Below are positions 27,005 to 41,062 of a stretch of 64,000 nucleotides of DNA, one piece after another. Where the stretch lies: assembly GCA_046563655.1 (NCBI GenBank), contig CM102283.1:7006001-7070000 (forward strand), read 5' to 3'. The DNA is from Yuukianura sp. NJ FZ-2021 (taxonomy: Eukaryota). A program made the translations under genes and the position numbers. Under the pieces are notes generated by a model. That model was not told the origin of the DNA, did not search any database, and was given only the letters and a program-made list of their open reading frames with translations. How positions within the stretch are numbered: position 1 is the first letter of the stretch; each line of letters starts with the position of its first letter.

Positions 27005-30000
27005 GTAAGTTTCTTAAATATAAAACTTTCTTTTTTGTTTGAAAACTTTCCCGCCAACGCTTTTCTTTTTCAAACTGCTTTTGGCAACCCATAGCTCTCC
27101 AGCAATTGTTGTTTGAATTTATTGCTTTCTCTGCTCTTGAAGTTTTTCTTTAAAAAAGTTTTCTCTTCCTGGAGAAAATTCAGGAAAATCAAATTGCCAA
27201 ATTCAGACGTTTTCTGCTAAAAACGTGACAGTTGTAAAATGGAGTGAATGAAGCTTGATTTGGAATTGCGGAATCCCAAGAATGTTCAAAAGCTTCCCGC
27301 TGTTGTTCGAACGAACCCTAAGTAGTTAACGCATGGTTGGCTAAACACGGCGCACCGCGGCCACAGCGGTGTTTGTCTGATTTACAGCTTCCAGGACCAT
27401 CTCCCTTGTCACTTTCTCCCATCTCATAACAAAGGAACGGTACAAAGTAGCTCTCCTGTGCATTGATTTTTGAATTCAAAAGAAAAGAGCCCGCCAATCC
27501 TCGAATTCCAGGTTCGTGTTACGTGGTTTCGCGGGAGAAATAAGTTTTTAGTGAATTCTACCTTCTTGCTCTGCCTTTCTTGATGAGACAAGGAGAAAGT
27601 CTGACTGTAAAAGTTATTAAAGTTCTAAACGCAGGTAGACGAAGTGGAAATGAAAAGCGTGTGTAACTAAGCAAAGGAAAGGCGGGAAAAGATTTTCAAA
27701 AATGAATAGAGAAAGTGAAGCAGTTTCCTTTTAGTTTGAAACAGGAAGCATGCAACAGAGGAATTGAGAAACAAAAGGGATGGCGTGATTAAGTGAAAAG
27801 TAAAGGGGCGTGAAAGGCGGGAGAAAGTTTGGGAAACTTGAATTTTTGAAATTAGCATATTTTGAACGTAACATAAATCACGAAACAAATGTTATGCTTG
27901 GTCATGTAGTCATAGAGCAGACAAAGGTCAAAGGTCATTAGGATATGATTCTGACCGACTCAAACTAAACCGATGTAAACGTTAAACAATTTTAAAACTA
28001 GAGAAGAAAACTCATTTCAATATTAGTTTTTTTTTTTGTGCCTGTTCTGGGAAAGACGAATGACAATTGTCGAATTGAAACGTTTGAAGATGCTCCCCGT
28101 GATCTTTTGCGGGAAAATTTGAAAATTGTAAGCGTTTCCCCTCTTTTCTACTTTCTTTTCTTCATCATTTATTCAGATCACGACCGAAGAGGAAGATTGT
28201 GTAGGGGGAAGTGAAAGTCTCATCACTTTCTTCTTCCACAAACTTTGATAGAAGCAGAACAAGGAGGCAAGATGGAGCAGAATTTTAATTCCCGCCGCTC
28301 AAAATTTCAAATTTGGAACTTTCTCCATGCCCACCCCATCCGTGCTCCCTTTATACAAAACGTCTAAATTAAAACATCTGAGGGAACAGTTGTTGGAGGG
28401 AACCAAGTGGCTGCAGAAAGTGCTAATTTCTAAAAACGAGCTCTATTTTATGCCACTGCGGGAAAATTAAAAACAAAAAACTTTTTGAAACCGACACACA
28501 CAGCTTAGTTTCATAAAAACTTTGTACTGAGAAACATGTTAACGATTTTACTGTTTTGAGAAGGTAAGATAGAAAATGCAGAGAAAGTGGTTAAGGCTTT
28601 GAGTAAAAGTGGGTAGGCGGAAAAAACGCAGCGAGCATGCATCAAAACGAAAGTTTTTTGTTTGAAATTCCTTGCACACGTTCAATACTGCTACAATACA
28701 ATCTGTTGAGGTTTGAATTTTTGCGCGCTCCAATGGCCTGGAGATCTATTACATAGAAAGGAATCAAAAGTTTGAATCGAGTTATTGCCTCGAGGCGAAT
28801 CACTGCGTAAAATCCTTTTTCGATATTTTGAGTAGATTCCACCCATTTATTTCCCACAGTTTTATATCCACTTTCTACACTTTTTATGTAACATAAAAAA
28901 TTAATCTCCAAGTGCAAATTCCATTTTTGCTCCAGAATTTAACATTTTCAATAAAATTTGCTGCAAGTGAGTAAATTTATCCTCAACAAAGAAGTCATAA
29001 TCTAACAAAATTCAACCTAGATTAGATTCAGGGTGTTCAGTAAGAATCAAAATGAATGCTACTAACAAATGTTAGTTTTAAACGTACAAACAATCTACGA
29101 GTATTTACACGCTGTGTAAAATGTCGAAAAATTTAAGCATGAGAGGTAGTTTTTTTTTTGGTATTTTGGAAATCTAGAACGACAAAAGTTCTGAAAAGTT
29201 ATTTCCGCCTGGATCCTCCTTCTGCTGGTAGTTTGTGGAAGGATTGGAGTGAAAACGCGGGAGAAAGTAGAAAGGAGAGACACGAGATGTCTCATTCATC
29301 TCTGCAGTGACTTTCTCCACTTTCTCTTGCCAATTCTGCTCTACGCTTACTGCCAGGAATCCAGAAATCTTCCTGGAAGATCTTTTTGGAAAATTTTCAA
29401 ACCTAACCACTACTGCCACTGCCAAAGTCCTAACTCTAGTATGTCTTGATTGAATTAAATGGCCACCAACCTCGCCAACATCTTCATCCTACTCCTCCAA
29501 AGGCCAAATCCCTCAATTGAATCATCGTCAAATCATCCCCCACTTCCCACAACCATCACATCTGCTCAACCTACATACAACTGTGCCATCAATTTTACAT
29601 TTGGTATCAAAAAATAAGAAAAATGCGTCACTTTAACAAAAAAAAAAAGAGCAAAGAAAAAGAAAAAATTGCAAAAAGAAAAATCGTTGAACAAAAAAAG
29701 TTTTCAAAAATAGTTTGTGCGTAGCCAAAAAAAAATTCATCAAAGATTTAAAAAAAAGAGAGATTTTGGAAACAATTTTTATTGTATTTTCGCGTAGTCT
29801 TTCTTCTTAACTACTAAAGTCTAATATTTCAATTCACTTTTTCCCCCAACTTTCGAATTCCTAATTTAGACAATCCAAATTTTGATCATATATCACAGTA
29901 TTACTTCATTCTAGTATCAATACCAGTTTCTAATCATCTTCAGAATCGGGGCTACTACTATAAACTATAATTATTCTACAAAATCGTGACCAACTCTAGA

Positions 30001-30226
30001 AAATCTAAGAACTACTCTGCTTAATCAGCAATAAATTAAGCTTCAAACAGGTTTCTGGAACTCAGGTTCCAGGTTATGGGCGTAGCGTTTGAAATGGCGT
30101 CGTAGAAAACCATCTCATACGGGTAGTTGCGATGAAGTTTTAGCGAGATCCCAACACCTATTTGCACACCCAGCAGCTAAGTTTTTGTTAACGTTTTAAG
30201 TTTATGCGGATTCCACACAGCTTTGC

Positions 30227-31358
30227 TCATCCATTGAAATTAAACTTGATCTCCGCTCGACAATTTCCTTTGATGTCTTGACGTGAACCCGGTTTACACT
30301 TCAGTTTAGGAATGTCAAAGTTACTCTGCTCGGAAACTGATGGTTCAGCACAGCTTGGCTCAAGGGAGTCAGCAGTGAAAATCACTTTTTCATACGTTTT
30401 GCCACACAATGAACTGTACTCGTCCCAGAATACGCACTGATTCTTAAACAAAACTATCGTTCGGTCATTCTGAACCGGGCAATCGCGTTTTTGGCACTTG
30501 GGATGCTCCTTGTCGTCAAAAACTAGCCATTCGTCTTCCTTACAGTATGCCTAAAGGCAAAATTCAAAAATTAGTACAGTGTAGTTTAGAAATTTAGAAC
30601 AACTTTTTAAGTCAAGTTAATAGCTTTTTGCTGGAGAGTTATTAGGAGAGTTGCGCTCTTTCGGTGGAGTTTTTTTGGGAGTTGGTGAAAGGCGTAGGAG
30701 TTTAATTTAGTTTAGGCATATTCTAGGTTAGACTAAGATAATTAAAAACGTAGTGTAACGTGCCTGATCGTAGATTGGGTAACAGGATCCAGTGGATTCA
30801 TGGAAGACGAGTGGTATTTCTGCATTGTAATCACAGTCACATTCTCCATAGACTTTATTACCCTCTTGGGCGTAGAACAACATGTTGTCACCGCAGGGTC
30901 CTCCTCTCGTACCCGGAGTGTAGCATTTCCCACTTGGAACATGAAACCGATCCTTTGGGTTGACGCATTTAGGCGACGCAGGACTGTAACGCAAAATGAG
31001 AACAATGGATTTTTTGAAAATGTTGTTTAGAAAAAGTATTTTAGAAGAGTTTAGTTTTTGAAAATGTAAAATAGGAATCTCACCCTGCGCGGAACTGGAG
31101 AGGCTGCTCTTGTTCCTCGAAAATTATTCTTCCAGTATCGACACTTCCTAAACGGAATCCGAATTCTGGTGTTTTAGTGGATTCCGTCGCTTGACCTTTG
31201 ACCTTGAGCATTTGTTTGACCTCGGCTAAAGTGTCAGGGTCAAGCGTGAACTTGGGTTTTCCAGTTGGTCTGGGCTTGGCGCGAACTTCTGGAAGTGGAT
31301 TTAGTACGCCTAAAATGAATAACACTACTACAGCTCTTAGAAAAGCTGAGTTGAACAT
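30227..31358 (-). CDS. Secreted cysteine-rich protein, DUF4789-like; nested antisense in an intron
   Basis: Exons 31358-31084, 30983-30764 and 30550-30227. Signal peptide, then CYTPGTRGGPC...GECDC...GSCYPIYDQAYCKEDEWLV...CKPGSRQDIKGNCR, the Cys pattern I associate with arthropod DUF4789 proteins. Confidence 0.8.
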
Positions 31359-34022
31359 GGCGAATTTTTAAAAATTTTGAATATTGAATTTGAACAAATT
31401 GGGAGGTGTTGCTCTAAGCTAACTTTTGTGTGAAATGGTTAAGGAAATGTGAGGTTGTGAAAGTTGGTAAAACGAGTCTGGTCAGATGAAGAGCACAGAC
31501 GTTTTGTTTTATGTGACTGTGACCTTAACAAGTCCGAGAAATAAATTACTTGACTTGATCGAGAAGCGACGAGATTCAATTGAATCGCAATTCCCAGAAC
31601 TGAATTTTGGCAAAATTTCCAAAGTGGATTAAGTGAGCATTTTTGTTGTTGAGGTTAAGAATCCGGTTTGACAAGTTTTGAAGATTCTTGGAAATTGGCC
31701 CAAAAAACGTGCTTAACTTTTTACGCTTCAAAACCTTACAAATTGTATTTCTGTTTTTTTCATATTTGCGATTTATGTGAACAAATTTGTGCTCTCTTGG
31801 AAAATTTTAACAAGTTACTTCATCAACTTTAATAAACTTTTTTTTGTGCATAGAGTTATTGAAAACTTCGTCAACAAGTTTACGACAACTTTTTAGTTTG
31901 ATAATTTTTCTGCTTTATTTTTTTTTCAACTAACTTCATTTTCAATTGTGTTTTGTATAATTCTTTCTTAGAAAATTTAGTCAGCAAGTAAAACTGCGTT
32001 AGACGCGTCAAGAAAATATTTCTTCGTAATTTGTCAAAAATGTTTTTCAAAACTTTTAGGGCAAACAAACGAAAGTTGAAATATGAACAAAGTTTGTCCA
32101 CAATTTTGTTGGTTAAAATTCTTTAAAAAAAAATTAAAATGTTTAGGAAAGATGCGAGGAAAACTTTTCAAAAACTGTGAAGTTTTTGTAGAAAATGAAA
32201 ACTCGTAATTAATAATTTCAAGAAAAACGCAAACAACTCGTTGTTTGGCAGGGTTAGAGGTCTTTGGGGGAAGGTTTCGGGGGAAAAGCAGACGTCTTAA
32301 AATTTCCTTGTTCAAATGAAGAACTTGAACAAAAGGGCGCACACGTTCCCGCAACTTTCTCGGCTTCTCGAGAACAAAACTTTTATTTTGCTTCCTAACA
32401 AATTAGCCAAGCGTATTTTCTCATAAAAACGAAACAAAACTTTTTGTTTGCGTTTTAACAAGGAACTTCGAAAGGGAAGGAACAAAGTACGGGCCAAAAG
32501 CAACCTAACAAAAGAAAGCAAAGAAAAAACGAAAATACGACAAGGTGAACCCGGAAAATTTCAAAGTCGGACAAAACCAACGCAACAAAGGGGCAGTGAA
32601 AAAATGGCTGTTGCGTGTTTTAAAACAATTTTGAGAAGCTAGAAAAGTGGGAAATTGCGTACAACGTTTTGAACAGTTTTCTAAAATTGAAAATTTGAAA
32701 ACTTTGTCTGAAATTTGGCTAGTTTTTAATCAATTTGTTTGGTCCCTGCCTTTTTTCATATTTCTGATGTCAATTCCAGAAGGTTTGACAGTGACATGTT
32801 TGGAGCAAAAACAGTAATGAAGAAAATTTCAAACTTTGGCGCTATTTTCAAATGAGAACTTATGCTAAACGTGGTTACTAAATTCCAAACATGACGCAAA
32901 AGGTTAACTTATTTATGACAAAAGTTTAAGAAAAGTTTGAAGGAGAAAATAACTTTTCACTTTTCAAAAGCTGGCCACACTTTTCTGTTTTCCAAATTCA
33001 AAATTAACTCCAAACCACTTTAAGTAAAAGTTGCCTAATGAACTTAAATATTTTAAATTTTCCTCCGAACTAAATTTTTTGTACCCACCGCTACAATTAC
33101 AATGTACATCTTATAAAAATTGCCGTTCCGTGGCAATTGTCGTGGAATATGGACAAGTCCTAAAAACAAATGGCAGAGTGACATGAGTCTAGAACTGCCG
33201 GGGTTTTGTAAAAGAAATAAAAAAGCGGGAACAATCAAATGTCTCCATTTCAAACTTTGCCGCGTTGTGTAAGTTCAGAAAAAAGTAGGATGTTGTAAGA
33301 TTTTCTTTTTATTCTTATGATGTCCCTGGAGACTAATAGATCAGGATGAAGAAGAGCCAGACAATGGGCGCAGTGGTGCTTCTGTCGCAACAACAAAAAA
33401 GTTTCTGCGCAGAAGTAAAGAAACAAAATAAGCGTAATTACCTAAATGTATAGTTGGGAATAAACTACAATTTAAACAACCTACGCACGCCTACAGATGG
33501 AAAACTTCCAAAATCATTCTAATGGACTCTAACCATCAAAATTTCATTTTTCTTCTCACTTTTTCAAAATGTTTGCCTTTTTATAAAAGTATTTTTCACT
33601 GCGGGGGCGTGTTGTTTTGCAAAACCCGAAAAAATGGAACAAACTTTCTCTTTTTTATGTTTCAAAATTCCACTTTACTCAAATCATTTTTCCCGCTTTT
33701 TTTTAAAAAAAAGTAACAGCGGGGACTACACTGTTACACTCTGCACATCAAATCCAACCACCCACATAATCCTCTCTTGGCCTAGTCCATTTTCTCCAAC
33801 TTTTTCGAATTTTTTTTTTTGCATTTTTTTTTTGCAATTGAGTTCCAGACGAGTGTCGGGAGCAGCAGTACTTTTAGTGTAACAGTCTATGAATTCAAAT
33901 GGGGCGCCATTTGTTACAGTCATTTTCAATTATGGAAAACCTAGCCTTGTATAGTTCGGCTTCAATTTCACTCTCAATTCAATTTGGTCATGGATGGGAT
34001 GTAAGAGGATTAAATTGGTGGC

Positions 34023-34078
34023 GGGAGTAACTATTTTAGGTGGAGGGAGTAACTATTTTAGGCGAAGGGAGTAACTAT
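34023..34078 (+). repeat. Three tandem copies (~22-23 nt) containing GGGAGTAACTA
   Basis: gggagtaactattttaggtgga gggagtaactattttaggcgaa gggagtaactat. The same core occurs singly near 1017 and 37865. Confidence 0.8.
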
Positions 34079-34659
34079 GTGTATACAAAGTGATTGTAAT
34101 TCTGATACTCCCGTTACCGCTTTTTCTAATGGGACTCCCATAACTCAGGATCTTAATTATTAATTTTAGTTCTCACGGATTCTGTTTTCACCTGGAGACG
34201 TTACTAACGTATCGTAGTGGAATTAAAGAGACACAAAGGGAATTAGGGCTTGAGGTTCTTTCTCAGTTTTAGTTTGTATGGACACGGAGTACCGACCGCT
34301 GGTAAGCTCAAGAGCTCACGGCCTTGGGAGAAAGTTCGGTGTTCGGAGAATTCCGGTACTTTTGGTGAGACGACTCGGAAGAATATCGACCCCACTGCGA
34401 GTTGTGTACTCTGAAAACCAAAGAGATCTTCCAGCCTTCGCTGGAAAAAAAACCGGACTGGAGTGTGCTTCGTTCCAGCCGCGACGACGACGACTCCGTA
34501 GCGCCTGTAACATTCTGCGCCTCAAGTTATTTCAAACCAAAAGACTTTCTCTCCCACGCCAGATCTTCCAGGAATCTGGAAGGCCCACTTTCACTTTCAC
34601 TTTCAGTCTTACCGTAGACATTGCATGGACTTCAGCTCCAGGAAAAGCCCACGCGGACA

Positions 34660-37600
34660 ATGGAGGTAACCGAACAGACGCTGGAGACTCCAGAACCAGA
34701 CCAAGGTCAAAGGTCACCCCCGCCTCCACCAATCCCAAAACACCAAACAGTGGAACAAGATCCAGAGGTCATTGACCTCAGTAACTTGGTCAGTGCAGTC
34801 AGTCCATGTCCAACGTACAAGGACATGGCCACTTGGACAGTGGAAGACGACATGCCCAGTCCCATGGACTCTTCAACCCCTCTGGACAGTCCAGATCTTA
34901 GCCAATTGCGAAGGTTCAAGCAGTACGCAGTCGATTCCAGTCAAGTCGTCATGCCCCTGCCGCCTCATCCCTATTTGAATTCCCCGACAGAACTAACTCA
35001 TCCGAATTCCGTCGATCCGAATTCGGTTCTTCCGCCTTCCAGCAGTTCCACTTGCTTCACAGTCTCTTCTCAGCTACAGTCAAGAGAAGCACGACTCTAC
35101 GAAAATGTTCCACCACTCCCCTCAAAAACTGGAATTGAGTCACTGGGACTCATTTTTCATCCACCAATTACGTCTTCCCATCCCTCACCACATGGTAGCC
35201 ATTGTCATGGTCATCCACCAGAGCGCGAAATTTCAAACAGTGAGTTTCTAAGTGTCTCAGATTTTCTAAACGGAGGAGGCGGAGGTGGAGCGGGATTCGG
35301 CGGACCGCCGTCGAGGTCATCCTGGGTCGATTCTGGACGGGAAAGTTTAAGTTTTGATGGTGAGTCGGGCAATACGCCAAATAATTCCAATTCAAATAAT
35401 TCCAATTCGTCAAGAAATGTTAACATTGTTGGAAGTGGAAGTGGCGGACCATTTTTCTTTCAACATTCTTCGTCACATGACTTTTCTCCGTCACATCATA
35501 CACCATATCCATCAAAGTTGAGGTCAAACGGTGACGGACGGAAGAGTCGTCGTGACAGACTCGTCAGACAGAAACATGCAATTGATGAAAATTTTAGTTC
35601 TTACGGATTTCAGCCATTGACGACCGGATCAGGGCCGTCTCCGACTGGTACTGCCGGAGGCGGAGTCAACAGTATGTGTTCATATCTTGCAGTGCCGTCT
35701 CCACGGAGAACTGTTTTGTCTTCTGGAATCGCTTCCAGTGTTGTCGCTGTCGCGGCATCTCCCATAAGTCTCCATAGACATCCAAATAGTCAGCAGTTAC
35801 TTTTACAAGAAAATAAGAAAACGAGAGGACTTATTCCAGGGTCAGAGAGCCCTTACTCTTTTGGTTGTGCTACGGAGGAACGTGCGGGGTCAAAAGGTCA
35901 CCATCATTTTGGCCATACTGACTCACATTTACATGTTGGTGGATCGTTTAATGAACATGGACGGATTCATAGGATGGCTAGGAGCCCTTCAAGGGGCCAC
36001 ACAAGCAGCAGTGCAACGAGTGGCTCCAAGTACAAAGTTCAACATAGCAGTGGCTGTGCTAGGTACAAACCGGACAACACTTTTGACTACGGAGAACTTC
36101 CGAGTCATCAAATGTTTCCGAAGAGACATCTTCTTCCGACTCGCCAATTTTCTCAACCCTATGGTGCCAATATCATCAACACGCAGGCCCCACTTCATCA
36201 GCCCAACAATCATCGTTCCTTTCCAGCTAATCTCCTAAGGTAAGCCGAAATTTTCAAATTTTCAAAAAAAAATCGCAAAAAAAGTCAAGCTAACGTAATT
36301 TAAGACCGTCAAAAGTTAAAAATTCAAAAGTCGCTTGCAGATATCTTCGATCAATCAAATCGTTCAGGCTTAATTTAATATTTTAGAGGCCACGCTTGCT
36401 CAAAAGCTCGTGACGAGTACAGCGCGTGCCGTTTTTTTTTCATACGTTTTGGAATGTGACGCTAAAAATGGAATTTCTGGACGCTTAATTTGACACGAAA
36501 AAGAATGGTGGCGGGAAAGAATAAATTGAAGTTGATCCAGTTCGATTGAATGGAGGAGGTGCTTACAGAATAGTCATTTTTCTCACTTTGGGATCCTAGC
36601 AGATGGTGGCTCGACTTGAAGTTGATGGTGGCTCAAATATAGGTTTGACGGTGGTGGCTCTATATAGTTGATGGTTGATGGAAGTGTCACGGAGACCGCT
36701 TAACGTGGTGTCCAGTCTCTATTCCCATGTCATTCACCACACCAAGGCCAAACAAGATTGAAAATGGATTTTTGGGTTCGTCAGAAGAATTCGGAGGGAA
36801 ACTGGAAATAAATGAATTGGATTCCAGCTTCTGCCCACCATTTTCACCCTACTTTATTGGATTCCAGGAAAAAATTGAATACAGAAAATGACGAGAAAGT
36901 GCGTACGACTCACTGAACTCCGTTCTCGAACTTCATTTTCAAATTTAGTCACACGCTATTTCCAAAAATCCGCTGCGTACATGTGTCACATCCGTCCAAC
37001 TCTATTTCATACAAAGACGATGCTGTAGTTCCGCTTTTTTACATTTTGAAATCTCAATTTGCCCTCAAATAAGCGAAACGTGTTGAGCAGTGAACGTTTT
37101 GTACAGTGCGGTCTAAAAGTCAAGTTAAAAAAAAGAATCTCAAAAAACTTAAACTTATACACAGGCAAACGTAACAAAAACAAGTTCGTCGTTTTCTCGT
37201 TTTGAAACGCCAGTTAAAAAAATTATGTACTACAAAATTAAGTCTCTTTACTAGCGGCGAAGTTCTCGGAGACAATTGTCCTTCAATTTGCAAATTCTGA
37301 AACTTGTAAACAATTTTTTGAAATTGGCGCGTGAAATTTGGAAATCGGAACCACAAAATAACTCACTTACGTGACCTGTTCTGTGGAAAACACATTCTTT
37401 TTTTTTTGAAAGTGTTAATTTCCATTTGACAAAGACGTGCACTGTGCATGTGACTTGTACTGAAGATGTGAAAACAAGATTTAGAGATAGCGGAAAAGAA
37501 GTTCTCTTATTGGTGGAAATGAGTCATTTTGAAGTTGGCTCCAATCCATTACTTTCTTTTTCCCCGCCAACCGCTATGTTCAAATTGTTGTGTCCAATGG

Positions 37601-40600
37601 ATCTCCTGTTGTGCTCTGAGGAAACAGAACTTGTCGATTTTGGGACATCCCCTGCGTGATTAATGTGCCAAGTACGTAGCTTTCGTCCAAAATACTTTTC
37701 TTCATCCTGATTCCGTATTCTACAGGTTTCTTTAAAAGAAAGTTTCTTTTGACACACCGTGTACATCTACCTTCCAGAAATACAAAATACATGTATCCCA
37801 TGTTACACCAGGATAACCTTCCATCCACACCTTTTTTGAAGCGTAGGCCAAAAGTCTCAGTGGAGGGAGTAACTACTGCCTTCAAAATCGGAACAAGAAA
37901 TATGGACGCTAAGATTTATTGCCAAGCGATCCAGGGAATCCTTTCATGCTTCCTACGAACGTAGTTCAGAAATTTTGTGAAAAAGTGAAAACATACAAAG
38001 TACTACTAGAAGGTCGAAGGGCGTTGGCTCGGTGGTTCGTTGAAGGAAAATATTTGTAGCTTCCCTAGGTTCGCCTCCCACGTTCCTCCTAAACTTTTTT
38101 TGACAAAGTAAAAAATTGATTTATAAAGTCAGAAAATCAATTTTCAATTTTGGAGAAAACATGAGTGGGGCTAAACGCTTTTACTTTCACTTTTGTTTTT
38201 AGGACATTTGATTGATTTTGGGAGAAAGTTTGAAAATTTTATGCGCTCTTTTCAAAATGTCATGTTCGATGTGCGTCTCGTTTTATGTCAAAATGACAAG
38301 AATTGAGTTTAGGAACAAAGTACTTTTTTATTAGTGGAGTTTTATGCGGAACTTTTACTTTTTGAATGTTTCCGAATTTTTTCTTTTTGCTGAATGTTTC
38401 CGCAATTTCCTCGGTCGTTTGCAAACAAAAAGATCTTTTATGCGTATTTTATGACAGTTTGATTCCTTGTTACTAGGATTGTTTGAACTCATCTTTTAGG
38501 CAAAGATCGAAAATGTACAGCATGTACCAACATGACAAACGTGTTTTTTTCTGAAAAAGGGTTTCGAGCTTTTGTTTTGTAGGCTTAGAAACTCTTCGGA
38601 TATAAAAAATCAAAAACCAAAAAAGATTTTGTCAAAGTTCTTAAAAGTTTTGATGTTTTGATGCGAAAAGGAATTTTATGAATATTGGAATTCTTTTCCT
38701 CCACACAAAGCTGGGAAAATTCGGGAGATTTTTTTTCAAGAACCTTATTTTCAAAATGGATTTCAAAATCACTGCGTATTCACGCTCCCTTTTTCCTGAC
38801 GTCAACCAAAAACACATTTTTCACTCTACTTACTTAGGTTAGGTTCATCTTTATGTTATGTTCTTGTGGCTTGAAATCAATAAGTCTCGGATCTTCCTTC
38901 CGTCATTTTGCGTACTACGTAGAACACACATCTAAAAACATGAATATTCAAAGTTCCATTTTCTCTTCCCTAATAGTCAAATCAATTTTCCATTCTACAG
39001 AAAGGATTGGATTTGGGTGGAAGGAGACAAAAAAACGCAGATTCGATATGCTGCTGATGGCGTCATCCATTGTTATTTTCCAGGAAGTTCCATTAGGACC
39101 CTCACTAAGGGGTCCAAAGGGCCCTCCTTACAGAATGTACTGGATGCTGGATCTTCTAGAAGTCCCGGGTAGTTTGAGGCTAACGACCCGAGGAGCCACT
39201 TCACCGCAGAGTTTGGGAATTGAGGTTTTGAGGAACTTCGGGAATGAAATTTGTGACTCTCCGTCTGTCCCGTAAGCTTGTTTGTATTCAAAGGCATTTC
39301 GGATGTCGGCATTCGCACTTGGATTCCGGATGCTCGGAAAGCGTCTTTCTTGTTCCTTAATTTCATGGTTTCATTTGCTTCGTCATTCAAAAGCACAATT
39401 CGAACCATTTCCTGCCTCGAACGCACCAAAAGTTCAAACGAAATGCGGGAAATGCTAATTGAATTGAGGAAGAACGTTTTCTCGTGGCTTTTCATCATGT
39501 CAATTCTATAAAAAATTATGCGTCTATTGTATGGATTAAGGCAACCGAGAAAACGAAAAACTCAAGATTGAAATGCTGGTCAAAACGTAGCTTCTCACAA
39601 AAAAAATTTTTTTTGGAAAACAATTTTTCAAAGTTAACAAACTTTTTATATTGTTACGTTTTTTCTTATTTGTGGAGTTTGGAAAATTCTTTGGAAATTT
39701 TTTGTCATGTTTATGTTTTCTTTCAAGAATTTTTTTTTTAAATGAGTTGAGTTCAACTTTTTTTTTTAAATTGGAGAAAGCTGATTGCGCTTATTTCAGT
39801 TCGAAATCAAATTGGATTTGTTAAGAAGTTTGATCAGTTTGGAAATGATCGTCTTTCAGTGAAAGTATAAAAGGAAAAACTGAAATTTCCAATTTCAGTT
39901 TTCCTCTGAAAAAAGATGAGTTAGTAGACTTTTGTCATAATGATGCTATGTCCATCCAGGTCGTTTTCCAAAATGATCGAAGGAATTGATCTTGTCTCTG
40001 CTGGCCAGAAAGGAACGCTGGACAGAGAAAGTCCATTACAGAAAGCGAACAGAGGTTGGTTCTGGAAGGGTCCAGCAGTGTTATGGAGAAAGTAGAGCAG
40101 TCTGATCTGATTCCCAGTACTTTGTGTCATCTGACAGAATCACTCAGAAGGGGATTTCATCTTATTCCAACTTCAACTTTTAGGATGGTTCCTCTGGCTA
40201 CCATCAATTCCCACTAGCACTTCCGCCATGTTACGTCCATCGACAGAAGTGGTTACATTGTAACTTGAGGTCAAGGGGACACACTTTCCAAAAAAAAAGT
40301 TGTTTTCGGAATTCGACTTTTTAAAAACAAAAGTCAAAATTGAAAAACCGGAACTCGAAAAAGAAAGATCATTTGGCAAAAATGATTCAAATGCAAACGG
40401 CAAAAAATTGAAAGAAAAGAGTGAAAGTTCGAAGAATGAAAATTGGCGAATTTTTTTTTTGCAGGCGCATACTTGACGGCACAAAAATTACTGAAGAAAT
40501 TTTGAAGGCGGGAAAAATAATTTTTGAATTTTTGTTACGTTTTACAGTGGTGTTGCTCCACGTTCATGTTCCATGGGTGACCTGACGTCAGCAACTGGTG

Positions 40601-41062
40601 CTTCTCCGGGTAGTCTCAACAATGGAAAGTCCGCTCAAGGTGGATGCAGCGCCGTCGCAGAATTTCCACATCACGTCACCATTCCAACCACTAATGCACC
40701 TTCAACGCAATCTTCCGCGTTAGCTTCCAACGGTTCTCACATGGTCGCAAGTCTCCCGCTTCCTCCAGCCACTTCCGTCACCTACGAGTTCAACCTAGCT
40801 CCAGTCTCCGGTACTCTCGCTCCAGGCTGGCACCTCACCGCTGTTCAACGCGGTCTGGCCACTGCCGTTCCATTGGCTGCAGCCGTTGCACGCCGCCGCC
40901 TTCCACGACCACGCCCCATTCGACCACGGTTTGGCTTTACGGACAAAAATGAAGCTCGAAGGGCCAAGTGCACGATAGCCGTGACAGCTCTAGGTCTCCT
41001 AGCAATGAGCATGCTACTAGTTGGAATCACGCTTAGGCTGGCTCCACTTATCGATGACTTGG
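34660..41062 (+). CDS. Variable unit B of single-pass membrane protein locus (exons 34660-36239, 40548-41062)
   Basis: Long Ser/Pro/Gly/His-rich ORF ends AG|gtaagc (phase 2) and joins tttacag|T in frame with the 40573 ORF. It ends RRAKCTIAVTALGLLAMSMLLVGITLRLAPLIDDL with phase-1 donor G|gtaagg. Start taken as the first in-frame ATG. Confidence 0.8.

Noticed and set aside
28178-28215. Possible private terminal exon for unit A (YHDRRGRLCRGK*)
   Set aside because: An acceptor exists, but the peptide is very short and lacks the RKENE continuation that fits the paralogous unit B; not excluded as a minor form.
34023-34078. CRISPR-like interpretation of short repeats (also 11672-11842)
   Set aside because: Eukaryotic context, no unique spacers, no cas genes; these are tandem repeats.
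34278-34775. 165-aa ORF overlapping the start of unit B
   Set aside because: Different frame, no recognisable features, runs through an ACTTTC repeat; more likely 5' UTR or a uORF.
38018-38090. tRNA-like segment with A-box-like TGGCTCGGTGG and B-box-like GGTTCGCCTCC
   Set aside because: T-arm and anticodon stems do not pair convincingly and both boxes deviate from consensus; at most a decayed tRNA or SINE head.
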